Assembly: GCA_964518785.1 (NCBI GenBank)
Contig: CAZFHT010000001.1
Location: forward strand, 22,673 to 81,275
Direction of reading: 5' to 3'
Length of the DNA: 58,603 bases
From: an uncultured Eubacterium sp.
GTDB taxonomy: Bacteria > Bacillota > Clostridia > Lachnospirales > Lachnospiraceae
Shown here: one piece after another, positions 7,915 to 18,177 of the stretch
Layout: each line of letters starts with the position of its first letter
Numbering within the stretch: the first letter of the stretch is position 1
Translations under genes and position numbers: made by a program
The notes under the pieces: model-generated
What the model was told of the DNA's origin: nothing
Seen by the model: only the letters and a program-made list of their open reading frames with translations
Databases searched by the model: none

Positions 7915-9230
7915 GATTTCCTCCCATCCATCAGATACTTTTCCAATACATCCGGCAGGAAAAACATTTCCTCCTCATCATAGCAGCTACACAGCAGTGC
8001 GTCCAGTTCATATCGTGTCTCGTCCAATGGCACCATCTGGCAGGAGGTGAGAATCCGATTTGCCAGATTGACAAACTGTTCCTTTTCCCTCTCTGCGTTG
8101 TATTGTTCCTCGTCCAGTTTCGTAATGGAGCGTTTTTGAGCCACACAGAGAATCAGCGGCAGCAAATCCTCCCGCTTTATTGTGCGGCACCGTTTCCTCT
8201 GTTCCCGAATCGCACTCTCCTGCTGCTCTTGGTTTTCTTCACAATTCAGCCCATGAATACGCATTTCAAGAAGACGTTTCTTCTGCACTGCCACATTTAG
8301 CAAATCTGATAAATATTTGTCATCCATCAGAAAAATATCCCCTTGATGACGACGAGTTCCCGGTTTTCGAAACCGCTGTTGAACATCCGAATAAAGTTCC
8401 GCCAGCAGTTTTGTATTTGTATCGTCCGGTGTCTCCGACATTTTCACCAGTTCACGAATTACCTCTGCCTGTTCCTCTGATATCCCCGATTCCTTTCCTT
8501 GAGACATCTCCTCGAGAAATTTAAAAATCAGCTTAGCTCTTTTTTGTCTGTTGGAAGGTCTGCTCTTTTCCCAGCGAAAATAACCGGTTTCTCCAAGGAA
8601 TTCTTCCAGCCTTGCCTCATTATCCCGCTTGCTCTCCCGCAAAATCTCCTGCTTTAGATCTTGAAAATAATTCAATACGGTCATACTGTAACCTTTAAAA
8701 TCTTCCGCCCGTTCTAACATCCACGCCAAAAACTCCGGCGGCTCCAGACAACTGCTGTCACCGTATCCTTTCCACATTTCCGTTGTATAATTATGCTGCT
8801 CCAGTTCCAGTGTTTTTGGCAGCTCTTCTTCGAATTTCTTAATCATGTCAAGACAGTCCTGATATCTCAGACCATGTTTCAGCCCATATAAAAAAACGAT
8901 TTCCCGATAGTCATTTATCTGAAAATCCGGCTCCAGCGCACCCTTCACAAACATTTCCCTCGTCTCTGAATCCGAAAAATGCAAGGCAAACGCCAGTTGA
9001 ATCAGTTTTTCCCGGTTGGGACGTGCCCACCCTTGAAGCCCAAACCATTTTTTGATTGTCCCATAGGCGGCGACAGGTTCTCCGCCCATGAGTTTCAAAC
9101 ATTTTTGATACGCCTCTTTCCTGAGTTCATCAGAAAAATCATTCTCGGCCTTATCCTCCCACTCCAAACCCAACATCTTACTGGTTATATAGCTGTCAAA
9201 TCTGAAATATGTCTTGTCCATGTTTTTCAA
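7911..9230 (-). CDS. Hypothetical protein with degenerate XRE-like helix-turn-helix modules
   Basis: 439-aa ORF; TIKKWF...PNREKLIQLAFAL...E..F.YGL pattern, weaker echo at the C-terminus. Confidence 0.6.
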   Translation of the reverse strand: MKNMDKTYFRFDSYITSKMLGLEWEDKAENDFSDELRKEAYQKCLKLMGGEPVAAYGTIKKWFGLQGWARPNREKLIQLAFALHFSDSETREMFVKGALEPDFQINDYREIVFLYGLKHGLRYQDCLDMIKKFEEELPKTLELEQHNYTTEMWKGYGDSSCLEPPEFLAWMLERAEDFKGYSMTVLNYFQDLKQEILRESKRDNEARLEEFLGETGYFRWEKSRPSNRQKRAKLIFKFLEEMSQGKESGISEEQAEVIRELVKMSETPDDTNTKLLAELYSDVQQRFRKPGTRRHQGDIFLMDDKYLSDLLNVAVQKKRLLEMRIHGLNCEENQEQQESAIREQRKRCRTIKREDLLPLILCVAQKRSITKLDEEQYNAEREKEQFVNLANRILTSCQMVPLDETRYELDALLCSCYDEEEMFFLPDVLEKYLMDGRKS

Positions 9231-9235
9231 TCCTT

Positions 9236-12200
9236 TTATGCCTTAATCTGTTTCACCTTGGAAACATTACTGTATTGTCTCTTTCCCTTTTTTATCCGAT
9301 ATGTTCTCACCTTAAATTTCATCGTATGCCCGCCGGATTGAAACCGTAAGCGGTACTGTCCCCGGTAGGACGAAATTGTTTTCTTCTTTATCTTGAGTTT
9401 GTGGTATTTTCCTTTGTATTTAACGTAAATATCCGCATAAGTTCCCTCATACTTCTTCAGTTCAATCAGAATATAATTCTGACCTTCCGCCGTTCTGCTC
9501 TTTTTCACCTGAATAACCGGGGTGTCCAGTGCATAGGTGGAGACTTTCACCACATTTCCACCGGCAAGTTCTCCGACAAGTCCGGTTTTATCCACCGGGA
9601 TAACTTTGTAATAATAATCCTTTCCTTTCTTCACCGTCTTGTCTGTATAAGCAATCTTCGTTCCGGATATTTTAGCAATTTTCTTATATTTTCCGTCTTT
9701 TTTTACAGAGCGAAAAATCTCGTACTGCTTTCCATCCGCATGACGATTCCATGTCAGTTTTACCTTATTTCCAGTTGTGCAGACGCCCTTCAACCCGGTA
9801 ATCGGGGAAACAGTGGCTGTCGGTTCGGTAGTTGGTGCCGTTGTAGTCGTAATGTCCGGTTCTGTCGTCGGTGCCGTTGTAGTCGTAATGCCCGGTTCTG
9901 TCGTCGGTGCCGTTGTGTCTGTAATATCCGGCTCTGTCGTCGGCTCATTCGCAGGCTCGGGCTCTGTATCCGGCTCGGTTGGCTCGGTAGTAGCTGTCGG
10001 CTCCGGTTCCTCGTAGACACCAAGAGAGTTCACCCTTGTCGCTTTTTTCCAAACGGAAGACGACAAATCCAGATGCAGTACCGGACGCACCATGCTGAAA
10101 CTAGAATCACTCACTGGAAGCCATTTTTTTGTATCGACCGCACCATCTTCACCAACATAAGACACTGTACTGAGAGTCTTTCCCGGTGTACGCAGCAGCC
10201 AGTACGAAGGATTATTCACAGAAGATTTCTGCTGCCCGGCAAATACCGTATTCGCAGAGCATCTCGTGTCCGACTTCTCTCCGCTTTCCGAAAAACCATA
10301 AAGAGGATTTATCACCTCTTCGTAAGAAAGTAAATAAATCTTATCCTTCGTGGCATTTCCACCGTCAGTTTCGTACTCTGGATTTACCGCCGTCACAACA
10401 TCTGTCGTAATAATGGCACTCTGTTCGTCCTCAGAAAAGGCTGTCTGATAAAAATCTTCATTTAACCATGTTCGCAGCGTAGAACTTTCCCACGTTGTAT
10501 TCATGTTTAATGCATCCCCATGGTATTGGCGTGAATCCAGACTTTTATCCGCCATCAAAAAGGCGTCATTTCCGTTTACCTGCAAAACTCTCCAGCGAAT
10601 AGGTTCTTTGGAGAGAAAATTATTCTGATAATAATTTCCAAAGTAAATGCAGTCCCATACGGTATTTCCATCCTCATCCGTCTGCGGATTATGTATTTCT
10701 TCATCGGCTGCGAGCTGGAGTGCCGAAGTCGTCTGAAATTCTTCTCCTTGTCCTACAAGAGAACACTGTACCGACTCTGCCCTTGTCCACTGTAAATCAG
10801 AAAGATTGATGTGAAGAACCGGTCTTACCACCTCGCTGTCCCAACGTGGATCAAGCCCTACATTTTGGTCAACTCTGCCATTTTTATAAGCCTCCATGGC
10901 TCCCGTATTAATTCCCGATGTTCCTTTTCCGTACAACACCGGAGAACGCAGCCAGCAGGCTCCAACAGACCAAGTTCCTCCTGCTTTTTGTTCCGCATAA
11001 GAAGTGTATTCCACAGCTCTTGCCTCGGACTTTCCCACAAAAGACGGAAAACCATAGGACAAATTCATCATTTCACTGTCTGAAAGCAAGTAAACCTTAT
11101 CCTCGGTTTCTGTCTCTGTTTCCTCGCCCTCTGTTCCGTAAGATTTTGTCTCCACTTGCGTTGTGCGGATAGAACTGTCTTCTTCCTCTGTAAATGCCTC
11201 ATCGCAAAAATCAGAATTCAGCCACTCTCTCAGCGTGGAGGTTTCCCATACAGCTTCCGTATCGGCACCCGCCGTACCTGTAGCATTAAACGGAACACTG
11301 TCCAAACCCTTATCTGCTAAAAGGAACACGTCCTCTCCCTCCACAGATAAAACACGCCACTTAATCGGCTCTTTTTCATCGTTCTCGTCTGCAACGCCGT
11401 CTTCGTTCGTGTCGTCCTGCCAGTAATTCCCGAAATAAACACAGTCATAAGTAACGGTTCCCTTTTCCGAGTCAACTCTTGGCGAACGAATCCTAACATC
11501 ACCGATTGCCTTCTCCCCAGCCTTCACAGTGCCGGCATTACTCCACACATCGGAAGACAAATCCATATGCAGAACGGGACGAAGAACAAAAGAAGACGTT
11601 AAAGTTACACTTGACGCCTCGTATACGAGACCACCTGACTTCACCACACCCATGAACGAGTTTTCACCGGTATGACGAAGGAGCCAATTGCCTTCTAACT
11701 TCCCTGTCTGTTCTTTCGTATATGCTGTATTATAAGCAATTCTCGTTTCCGATTTTTCTTTGCTTTCAGAAAAGCCATAAGAAGAATTCGTCACCTCGTC
11801 AACGGACAACAGATAGACTTTGTCCTCCGTATCCGTATTTTCCTCCGACTCAGTACTGTCCCCACCAGACACCTTCGTCGTCTGAATCGCCGCCTTTTCA
11901 TCCTCTGTAAATGCAGCATTATAAAAGTCTTCATTCAGCCACTTCCGACATTCACAGTCCCTCCACAAATGCTGGCTATGACTAAGACTTCCAGTCATAT
12001 CCAATCCTCTGTCTGCCATCAGAAACGCATCGGTTCCATTTACCGACAGAACACGCCACTTAATGGGTTCTTTATCATCCTTTGTATCTGCTTTCCCGTC
12101 CCCATTCGTATCACGATTCCAGTAACTTCCAAAATAAATACAATCCCATGTCGTGATACCATCTGAATCGATAATTGGACCGGCCGGACTGTCTGTTGAA

Positions 12201-12322
12201 CTACTGACGGTATCTTCTTCTGCCTGAACGACAGATATGTTTGAAAATACCAGCGCAAAAATCAACCACAGTACCAGCCCGCCCTTTATCTGTGTCTTCA
12301 TGGGCGTCCTCCTGCCTAACAT
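9236..12322 (-). CDS. Secreted/surface protein: three DUF6273-like domains, PT/TEP-rich linker, FN3-like C-terminus (start may be 12301)
   Basis: Signal peptide; three repeats DCxYFGxY...PIxWRVL...LRxWLN.DF...DKxYLLS...WxLR...VRPVLH; KVKLTW...YEIFRS...YTD...YYYKV FN3 motif. Confidence 0.8.
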   Translation of the reverse strand: MLGRRTPMKTQIKGGLVLWLIFALVFSNISVVQAEEDTVSSSTDSPAGPIIDSDGITTWDCIYFGSYWNRDTNGDGKADTKDDKEPIKWRVLSVNGTDAFLMADRGLDMTGSLSHSQHLWRDCECRKWLNEDFYNAAFTEDEKAAIQTTKVSGGDSTESEENTDTEDKVYLLSVDEVTNSSYGFSESKEKSETRIAYNTAYTKEQTGKLEGNWLLRHTGENSFMGVVKSGGLVYEASSVTLTSSFVLRPVLHMDLSSDVWSNAGTVKAGEKAIGDVRIRSPRVDSEKGTVTYDCVYFGNYWQDDTNEDGVADENDEKEPIKWRVLSVEGEDVFLLADKGLDSVPFNATGTAGADTEAVWETSTLREWLNSDFCDEAFTEEEDSSIRTTQVETKSYGTEGEETETETEDKVYLLSDSEMMNLSYGFPSFVGKSEARAVEYTSYAEQKAGGTWSVGACWLRSPVLYGKGTSGINTGAMEAYKNGRVDQNVGLDPRWDSEVVRPVLHINLSDLQWTRAESVQCSLVGQGEEFQTTSALQLAADEEIHNPQTDEDGNTVWDCIYFGNYYQNNFLSKEPIRWRVLQVNGNDAFLMADKSLDSRQYHGDALNMNTTWESSTLRTWLNEDFYQTAFSEDEQSAIITTDVVTAVNPEYETDGGNATKDKIYLLSYEEVINPLYGFSESGEKSDTRCSANTVFAGQQKSSVNNPSYWLLRTPGKTLSTVSYVGEDGAVDTKKWLPVSDSSFSMVRPVLHLDLSSSVWKKATRVNSLGVYEEPEPTATTEPTEPDTEPEPANEPTTEPDITDTTAPTTEPGITTTTAPTTEPDITTTTAPTTEPTATVSPITGLKGVCTTGNKVKLTWNRHADGKQYEIFRSVKKDGKYKKIAKISGTKIAYTDKTVKKGKDYYYKVIPVDKTGLVGELAGGNVVKVSTYALDTPVIQVKKSRTAEGQNYILIELKKYEGTYADIYVKYKGKYHKLKIKKKTISSYRGQYRLRFQSGGHTMKFKVRTYRIKKGKRQYSNVSKVKQIKA
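9821..9943. repeat. 36-bp tandem repeat (about 3.4 copies) encoding PTTEPxITTTTA
   Basis: Unit GGTGCCGTTGTAGTCGTAATG(T/C)CCGGTTCTGTCGTC starting at 9834, 9870 and (diverged) 9906. Confidence 0.85.
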
Positions 12323-12332
12323 CCCATTATTC

Positions 12333-13088
12333 TCAAGCGTTTACAATCTTTCCAAAGTCCGGTTTCAGTGAGGCACCGCCAATCAATCCTCCATCGATAT
12401 CCGGTTTTGCCAACAGTTCTGCGGCATTGCCAGCATTCATAGAACCGCCGTACTGAATACGAACAGCCTCGGCTGTCGCTCCATCATAAATCTCAGCGAT
12501 ACATTCACGGATTCCTTTACATACCTCCTGTGCCTGCTCGGCTGTCGCCGTTTTTCCGGTTCCGATTGCCCAAATCGGCTCGTATGCAATGACCATGCTT
12601 TTTACCTGCTCAGCAGTGACACCAGCCAAATCAGACTTAATCTGCAAACGAATCCAGTCCATTGTCACTCCCGTCTCTCTCTGCTCAAGAGATTCTCCAC
12701 AGCAGAGAATCGGTGTAAGACCGGACTCGAATGCTTTCTTTACTTTCTTATTCAACAATTCATCGTCTTCTTTAAAATAATCCCGACGCTCTGAATGACC
12801 AAGAATTACATACTTGACACCGGCATCAACAAGCATAGCGGCAGAGATTTCCCCAGTATAAGCACCGCTTTCCTCAAAATACATATTTTCAGCTCCAACG
12901 GAAACACTTGTCCCTTTTACAGCCTCTACAACCGGAACGATGTCCACTGCCGGTACGCAGTAGACAACATCCACCTCATCATTTTTCACCAAGTCTTTTA
13001 ATTCTTCCACTAAGGCAACTGCCTCACTCGGTGTCTTGTTCATTTTCCAGTTCCCCGCAATAATCCTTCTTCTTGCCATCACCATCAT
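12333..13088 (-). CDS. tpiA: Triosephosphate isomerase
   Basis: [33 protein letters not shown]. Confidence 0.99.
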   Translation of the reverse strand: MMVMARRRIIAGNWKMNKTPSEAVALVEELKDLVKNDEVDVVYCVPAVDIVPVVEAVKGTSVSVGAENMYFEESGAYTGEISAAMLVDAGVKYVILGHSERRDYFKEDDELLNKKVKKAFESGLTPILCCGESLEQRETGVTMDWIRLQIKSDLAGVTAEQVKSMVIAYEPIWAIGTGKTATAEQAQEVCKGIRECIAEIYDGATAEAVRIQYGGSMNAGNAAELLAKPDIDGGLIGGASLKPDFGKIVNA

Positions 13089-13103
13089 CCTCTCTATATC
13101 ACC

Positions 13104-14300
13104 TTATTTGTCGTTTGCCGCAGCTACACCCGGCAATTCTTTTCCTTCAAGGAATTCCAGAGATGCACCGCCACCGGTAGAAATGTGAGTCATCTTGTCA
13201 CCAAATCCCAACTGGTTACAAGCGGCTGCACTGTCACCGCCACCGATAATCGTTGTAGCATCCTTCAATTCTGCCATAGCCTCTGCTACTGCAATCGTTC
13301 CTTTTGCAAAATTAGGCATTTCAAAACAGCCCATCGGTCCATTCCAAACAACCGTCTTAGCACCTTTAATCGCATCTGCAAAAATCTGTGCTGACTCCGG
13401 TCCGATATCCAATCCTTCCATGTCTGCCGGAATTTCTCCCCTGCCTACAATTTTTCTATTGCAATCATTAGAGAAATCATCCCCGACAACAGTATCCGTA
13501 GGAATCAAAAGTTTTACGCCCTTCTCCTCTGCTTTTTTCTCCATATCAAGAGCATACTGCTTGTAATCTTCTTCTAACAGAGATTGTCCAACTTCCTCAC
13601 CATGAGCAGCCATAAAGGTATATGCCATACCGCCGCCGATAATCAGCGTATCTACTTTGTCCAAAAGATTTTCGATAACGGAAATCTTAGAAGAAACCTT
13701 CGCACCGCCAAGAATTGCCACAAATGGTCTCTCCGGATTGTTTACGGCATTTCCAAGGAAGTCAATTTCCTTCTGCATTAAATAACCGACAACAGCAGTA
13801 TCAACATATTTCGTAACACCTACATTTGAGCAGTGAGCTCTGTGAGCCGTACCAAATGCGTCATTCACAAATACATCTGCAAGTGAAGCCAAGTCTTTTG
13901 AGAAAGCGTCCTCATTCTTTGTCTCCTCTGCACGATAACGGGTATTCTCAAGGAGAACAACATCTCCGTCTTTCATTGCTGCCACAGCAGCTTTTGCATT
14001 TTCACCGACAACATTGGCGTCAGCCGCAAATTTTACATCCTGTCCCAAAAGTTCGGAAAGACGTACTGCTACCGGAGCAAGAGAGAGTTCCGGTTTCGGC
14101 TCTCCTTTCGGCTTGCCAAGGTGAGAGCAGAGAATGACTTTGCCGCCATCGTTAATTAACTTTTTGATTGTAGGAAGAGCTGCCACAAGACGATTCTCGT
14201 CCGTAATCTTCCCATCCTGTAAAGGTACGTTGAAATCACAACGAACCAATACTTTTTGTCCCTTCACATTAATATCATCTACTGATTTTTTGTTTAACAT
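13104..14300 (-). CDS. pgk: Phosphoglycerate kinase
   Basis: [43 protein letters not shown]. Confidence 0.99.
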   Translation of the reverse strand: MLNKKSVDDINVKGQKVLVRCDFNVPLQDGKITDENRLVAALPTIKKLINDGGKVILCSHLGKPKGEPKPELSLAPVAVRLSELLGQDVKFAADANVVGENAKAAVAAMKDGDVVLLENTRYRAEETKNEDAFSKDLASLADVFVNDAFGTAHRAHCSNVGVTKYVDTAVVGYLMQKEIDFLGNAVNNPERPFVAILGGAKVSSKISVIENLLDKVDTLIIGGGMAYTFMAAHGEEVGQSLLEEDYKQYALDMEKKAEEKGVKLLIPTDTVVGDDFSNDCNRKIVGRGEIPADMEGLDIGPESAQIFADAIKGAKTVVWNGPMGCFEMPNFAKGTIAVAEAMAELKDATTIIGGGDSAAACNQLGFGDKMTHISTGGGASLEFLEGKELPGVAAANDK

Positions 14301-14360
14301 AACAAACCTCCATTTTTAATATTTTTTGAATTTTTTTCATATAGCTAATATAACAACTTT

Positions 14361-14400
14361 AAAAAAAGGGACCCGGTCCAATAGACCGGACCCCTTTTTA
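14361..14400 (-). terminator. Intrinsic terminator/stabilising hairpin between gap and pgk
   Basis: Minus strand GGGGTCCGGTC-TATTG-GACCGGGTCCC-TTTTTTT. Confidence 0.75.
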
Positions 14401-14432
14401 GGATCATGTTTCGAATAAAATCAATCTTATTA

Positions 14433-15446
14433 TTATGCCAACTCACTGAAGTATTTGATTGTACGAACCATCTGGCTTGTGTATGAATTTTCGTTATCAT
14501 ACCAAGATACAACCTGTACCTGTGTATTTCCATCATCCATAGGAGATACCATAGTCTGTGTTGCATCAAAGATGGAACCAGCTGTTGCACCAACGATATC
14601 GGAAGATACGATTTCGTCTTCGTTGTATGCGTAAGACTCTGTCTGTGCTGCTTTCATAGCGGCATTAATCTGGTCAACTGTTACTTTGCCTTCAACAACT
14701 GCTACAAGAATTGTAGTAGAACCGGTCGGGCAAGGTACACGCTGTGCAGAACCAATCAGCTTGCCGTTTAACTCAGGAATAACAAGACCGATAGCCTTAG
14801 CTGCTCCGGTGCTGTTTGGAACAATGTTTACTGCTGCTGCACGAGATCTTCTGAGGTCACCTTTTCTCTGAGGACCATCCAATGTCATCTGGTCACCTGT
14901 ATAAGAGTGAATGGTGCTCATGATACCGGATTTAATCGGAGCAAGGTCGTTCAAAGCCTTTGCCATCGGAGCAAGGCAGTTTGTTGTACAAGATGCAGCA
15001 GAAATAACGGTATCTTCTGGTTTCAATGTATCATGGTTTACATTGTAAACAATGGTAGGAAGATCATTTCCTGCCGGAGCAGAGATAACTACTTTACGAG
15101 CACCTGCTTTGATGTGAGCAGAAGCCTTCTCTTTCGATGTATAGAAACCTGTACACTCAAGAACAACGTCTACCTTCAAATCACCCCATGGGCATTTGCT
15201 GGCATCTGCCTCTGCGTAAATTTTGATTTCTTTACCGTCTACAATGATGGAATCCTCTGTTGCCGATACGGTATCAGCCAATGCATATTTACCCTGTGAA
15301 GAATCATACTTCAACAAGTGTGCAAGCATTTTAGGGCTTGTCAAATCATTGATTGCTACTACTTCATAACCTTCTGCACCAAACATCTGTCTGAATGCAA
15401 GACGTCCAATACGTCCAAAACCATTAATCGCTACTTTTACTGACAT
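14433..15446 (-). CDS. gap: Type I glyceraldehyde-3-phosphate dehydrogenase
   Basis: [31 protein letters not shown]. Confidence 0.99.
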   Translation of the reverse strand: MSVKVAINGFGRIGRLAFRQMFGAEGYEVVAINDLTSPKMLAHLLKYDSSQGKYALADTVSATEDSIIVDGKEIKIYAEADASKCPWGDLKVDVVLECTGFYTSKEKASAHIKAGARKVVISAPAGNDLPTIVYNVNHDTLKPEDTVISAASCTTNCLAPMAKALNDLAPIKSGIMSTIHSYTGDQMTLDGPQRKGDLRRSRAAAVNIVPNSTGAAKAIGLVIPELNGKLIGSAQRVPCPTGSTTILVAVVEGKVTVDQINAAMKAAQTESYAYNEDEIVSSDIVGATAGSIFDATQTMVSPMDDGNTQVQVVSWYDNENSYTSQMVRTIKYFSELA

Positions 15447-15482
15447 GATATTTCCTCCTAAAAAATAGTTAAAAATTTTAGT

Positions 15483-15500
15483 TTGTTAAATTTTACACAA
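15483..15500. promoter_or_regulatory. Rex-like operator in the gap leader
   Basis: TTGTTAA-ATTT-TACACAA versus Rex consensus TTGTGAA-N4-TTCACAA. Confidence 0.55.
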
Positions 15501-15514
15501 ACTTCTTAGTGTCT

Positions 15515-15543
15515 ATTCTACCCAATTCCTTTATAAAATTCAA
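15515..15543 (-). promoter_or_regulatory. SigA-type promoter of gap
   Basis: TTGAAT-N17-TAGAAT on the minus strand. Confidence 0.65.
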
Positions 15544-15571
15544 GTACTTTACATGAATTTCTTATAAAAAG

Positions 15572-17050
15572 TTACATTCTGCGGTATAAGTCTTCGTATT
15601 TTTTCGCAGAATTATTCCATGAAAAATCTTTTGCCATGCCGCGGTCGATAATTTTGTTCCACTCTCTCTTATTATTGAAGTAAACATTTTTCGCATAACG
15701 GATGGTGTCCAGCATCTCATGGGCATTGTAATTAGCAAAAGAGAAACCGGTCCCTTTGCTCTCATATTCATTGTAAGGCTCTACCGTATCCCGCAGTCCT
15801 CCGGTCTCCCGCACAATCGGAACCGTACCGTAACGCAGGCTCATCAACTGGCTCAACCCGCATGGCTCAAACAGAGACGGCATCAAAAAGGCATCGCAAG
15901 ACGCATAAATCCTGTGAGAACGTTCATTAGAATAGTAAATGTTGGCAGAAACCCGGTCCGGATATTTCCACGCATAATGACGGAACAAATGCTCGTATTT
16001 CTCTTCCCCGGTTCCCAACACAACTAACTGGGTATCCGGTTCGCAAATCTGTTCAATGACGTAGTCAATTAAGTCAAATCCTTTCTGGTCAGTCAGACGT
16101 GAAACAATACCAATCATAAATTTCTTATCGTCCTGAGCCAGTCCCAGTTCCTTCTGCAAAGCTCTCTTATTTTTAATCTTCTCCCTGCGGAAAGTTCTTG
16201 CGTCATAATTCGTATCAATCATGGTGTCAGTAGCAGGATTGTACTCCTCATAATCCAGTCCATTTACAATTCCCGTAAGGCAGGCAGACTTCGCATTAAT
16301 CAAACCGTCCAGTCTTTCTCCATAAAACGGCATCTTGATTTCCTGTGCATAGCTGTCACTCACTGTCGTTATCTGGTCGGCATACACCAAACCGCCTTTC
16401 AGGTAATTTGCATCTTCATACATACCCAGCTTATCTGCCGTAAAGTAATAGGCATCCAGTCCGGCTGTGTCCATCACTGTTTTTTTGTCCCACACACCCT
16501 GAAACTTCAGGTTATGAATCGTCATAATCGTCTTGATTCCACGATAAAATTCTCCCTGTTGGAAGGAATCGTGCAAATATACCGGCAGCAATCCGGTCTG
16601 CCAATCGTGGCAGTGAATAATATCCGGTCTGAAATTGATGACCGGCAAAGTTGACAGCACTGCCTTATCAAAAAAAGCAAACTTTTCGATGTCCTGATAA
16701 ATCTCACCATAGGGTTTTTCACCGTTGAAATAAAATTCGTTATCCAGAAAATAAAAGATAACCCCTGCGTAATTCATCTGAAATACGCCTACGTACTGCT
16801 TCCGCCATGCCAGCTCCAGATAAAAATGCGTAACATATTCCATCTGGTCCTTGTACTGCTGAGGTATCGCTGTGTATTTCGGTATCATCACCCGAACATC
16901 AAACTCGTCCTTATTAAAGTACTTAGGCAAGGATCCCACAACGTCTGCCAATCCCCCTGTTTTAATAAATGGCACACATTCGGAAGCAACAAATAATATC
17001 TTCTTCAATTCATTCGCCCCTTTCAGTTTGTTCTTTTCCTTCTTCAACAT
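15572..17050 (-). CDS. glgA: Glycogen synthase (start likely TTG at 17008)
   Basis: KTGGLADV, HCHDWQT, TIHNL, PSLFEPCGLSQL, TGGLRDTV. Confidence 0.97.
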   Translation of the reverse strand: MLKKEKNKLKGANELKKILFVASECVPFIKTGGLADVVGSLPKYFNKDEFDVRVMIPKYTAIPQQYKDQMEYVTHFYLELAWRKQYVGVFQMNYAGVIFYFLDNEFYFNGEKPYGEIYQDIEKFAFFDKAVLSTLPVINFRPDIIHCHDWQTGLLPVYLHDSFQQGEFYRGIKTIMTIHNLKFQGVWDKKTVMDTAGLDAYYFTADKLGMYEDANYLKGGLVYADQITTVSDSYAQEIKMPFYGERLDGLINAKSACLTGIVNGLDYEEYNPATDTMIDTNYDARTFRREKIKNKRALQKELGLAQDDKKFMIGIVSRLTDQKGFDLIDYVIEQICEPDTQLVVLGTGEEKYEHLFRHYAWKYPDRVSANIYYSNERSHRIYASCDAFLMPSLFEPCGLSQLMSLRYGTVPIVRETGGLRDTVEPYNEYESKGTGFSFANYNAHEMLDTIRYAKNVYFNNKREWNKIIDRGMAKDFSWNNSAKKYEDLYRRM

Positions 17051-17101
17051 CTTTCGCTAAAAGATGTTACTTCTCCATTATACACTAATTTCCAAGTATA
17101 G

Positions 17102-17141
17102 AAAAGCAGAAATTTCAACAATATGAGAAATTTCTGCTTTT
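17102..17141. terminator. Inverted repeat terminator downstream of spo0A
   Basis: AAAAGCAGAAATTTC...GAAATTTCTGCTTTT. Confidence 0.7.
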
Positions 17142-17156
17142 AAGTTCCAGATGTCT

Positions 17157-17954
17157 TTACTGCAATTTCATTTTCTGCTCCAGACGTATTTTATCAGCAA
17201 TCAACGCAACAAATTCTGAGTTTGTAGGTTTTCCTTTGCCATTATTTACAGTGTAGCCAAACAATTCATCAATGGTGTCCACCTTTCCCCTGCTCCACGC
17301 TACTTCGATAGCGTGTCGGATTGCCCTCTCTACCCGGCTCGGAGTGGTTCCATGCTGCTTAGCAATGGAGGGATACAAAATTTTCGTGATGGAATCCAGC
17401 ATTTCACTGTCATCCACCGACATCATAATTGCGTCCCGTAAGTATTGATATCCTTTAATATGTGCCGGAACTCCAATCTCGTGAATAATATTTGTGACAT
17501 CGGATTCCAGATTGTACCTTGCCAATTCTTCATTTCTTTTCAGTTCCTCCGGCGAGGCGATGAATTTCGTTCGAACCCCCGGTTTGAAACGCTGTACATG
17601 ACTCAGTATCATATCATGGTCAAATGGTTTTAATAAATAATATGCCGCCCCCAGTTGAAATGCATTCTCTGTAATGCGTTCTTGCGAAATTCCGGATACT
17701 ACAATGACATCCGGCTTTTTCTCTTTGTCCTTCTCTTTATGGAGACGTTCCAATACTCCCAGACCGTCCAGTTTTGGCATAATCAAGTCCAAAAGAACAA
17801 GGTCCGGTTCTGTCTCACGAATCATGCCCATTGTCTCCATTCCGTCTTCTGCTTTACCCACTACTTCAATTTCTTCGTCGTCCCTTAATATAGATTCAAT
17901 CATAGATGCCGTTCGTGGATTATCATCTGCAATTAACACTTTCAGTTGTCCCAT
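17157..17954 (-). CDS. spo0A: Sporulation master regulator Spo0A
   Basis: Receiver domain plus [35 protein letters not shown]. Confidence 0.98.
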   Translation of the reverse strand: MGQLKVLIADDNPRTASMIESILRDDEEIEVVGKAEDGMETMGMIRETEPDLVLLDLIMPKLDGLGVLERLHKEKDKEKKPDVIVVSGISQERITENAFQLGAAYYLLKPFDHDMILSHVQRFKPGVRTKFIASPEELKRNEELARYNLESDVTNIIHEIGVPAHIKGYQYLRDAIMMSVDDSEMLDSITKILYPSIAKQHGTTPSRVERAIRHAIEVAWSRGKVDTIDELFGYTVNNGKGKPTNSEFVALIADKIRLEQKMKLQ

Positions 17955-18010
17955 ATATGTGTCCTCCTTGCTTTGAATTTATATTTTGTTTATAATTTGA
18001 CAGTAACCAT

Positions 18011-18039
18011 AGTATATACTCAAAATATAAGAAAATCAA
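18011..18039 (-). promoter_or_regulatory. SigA-type promoter of spo0A
   Basis: TTGATT-N17-TATACT on the minus strand. Confidence 0.5.
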
Positions 18040-18177
18040 GGATTTTTCGCAAATAATTTTATGTTTAGTTTAATATTTATTTACATATTTTTTATTTTTT
18101 CTTCTTTATCTGACAGACTATGACGTTATCATCTCTTTTCCGATAAAAAGTTCCAACACGACTGTTCTTTTGTGTAG

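Noticed and set aside
9401-10333. 310-aa plus-strand ORF with RRCRC repeats
   Set aside because: Antisense shadow of the 36-bp repeat region of the surface protein
9236-12322. Diversity-generating retroelement
   Set aside because: No reverse transcriptase or template repeat in the window; the three domains differ at all base types
17996-18002. Spo0A box upstream of spo0A
   Set aside because: TGTCAAA is a one-mismatch 7-mer in AT-rich DNA; not distinguishable from chance
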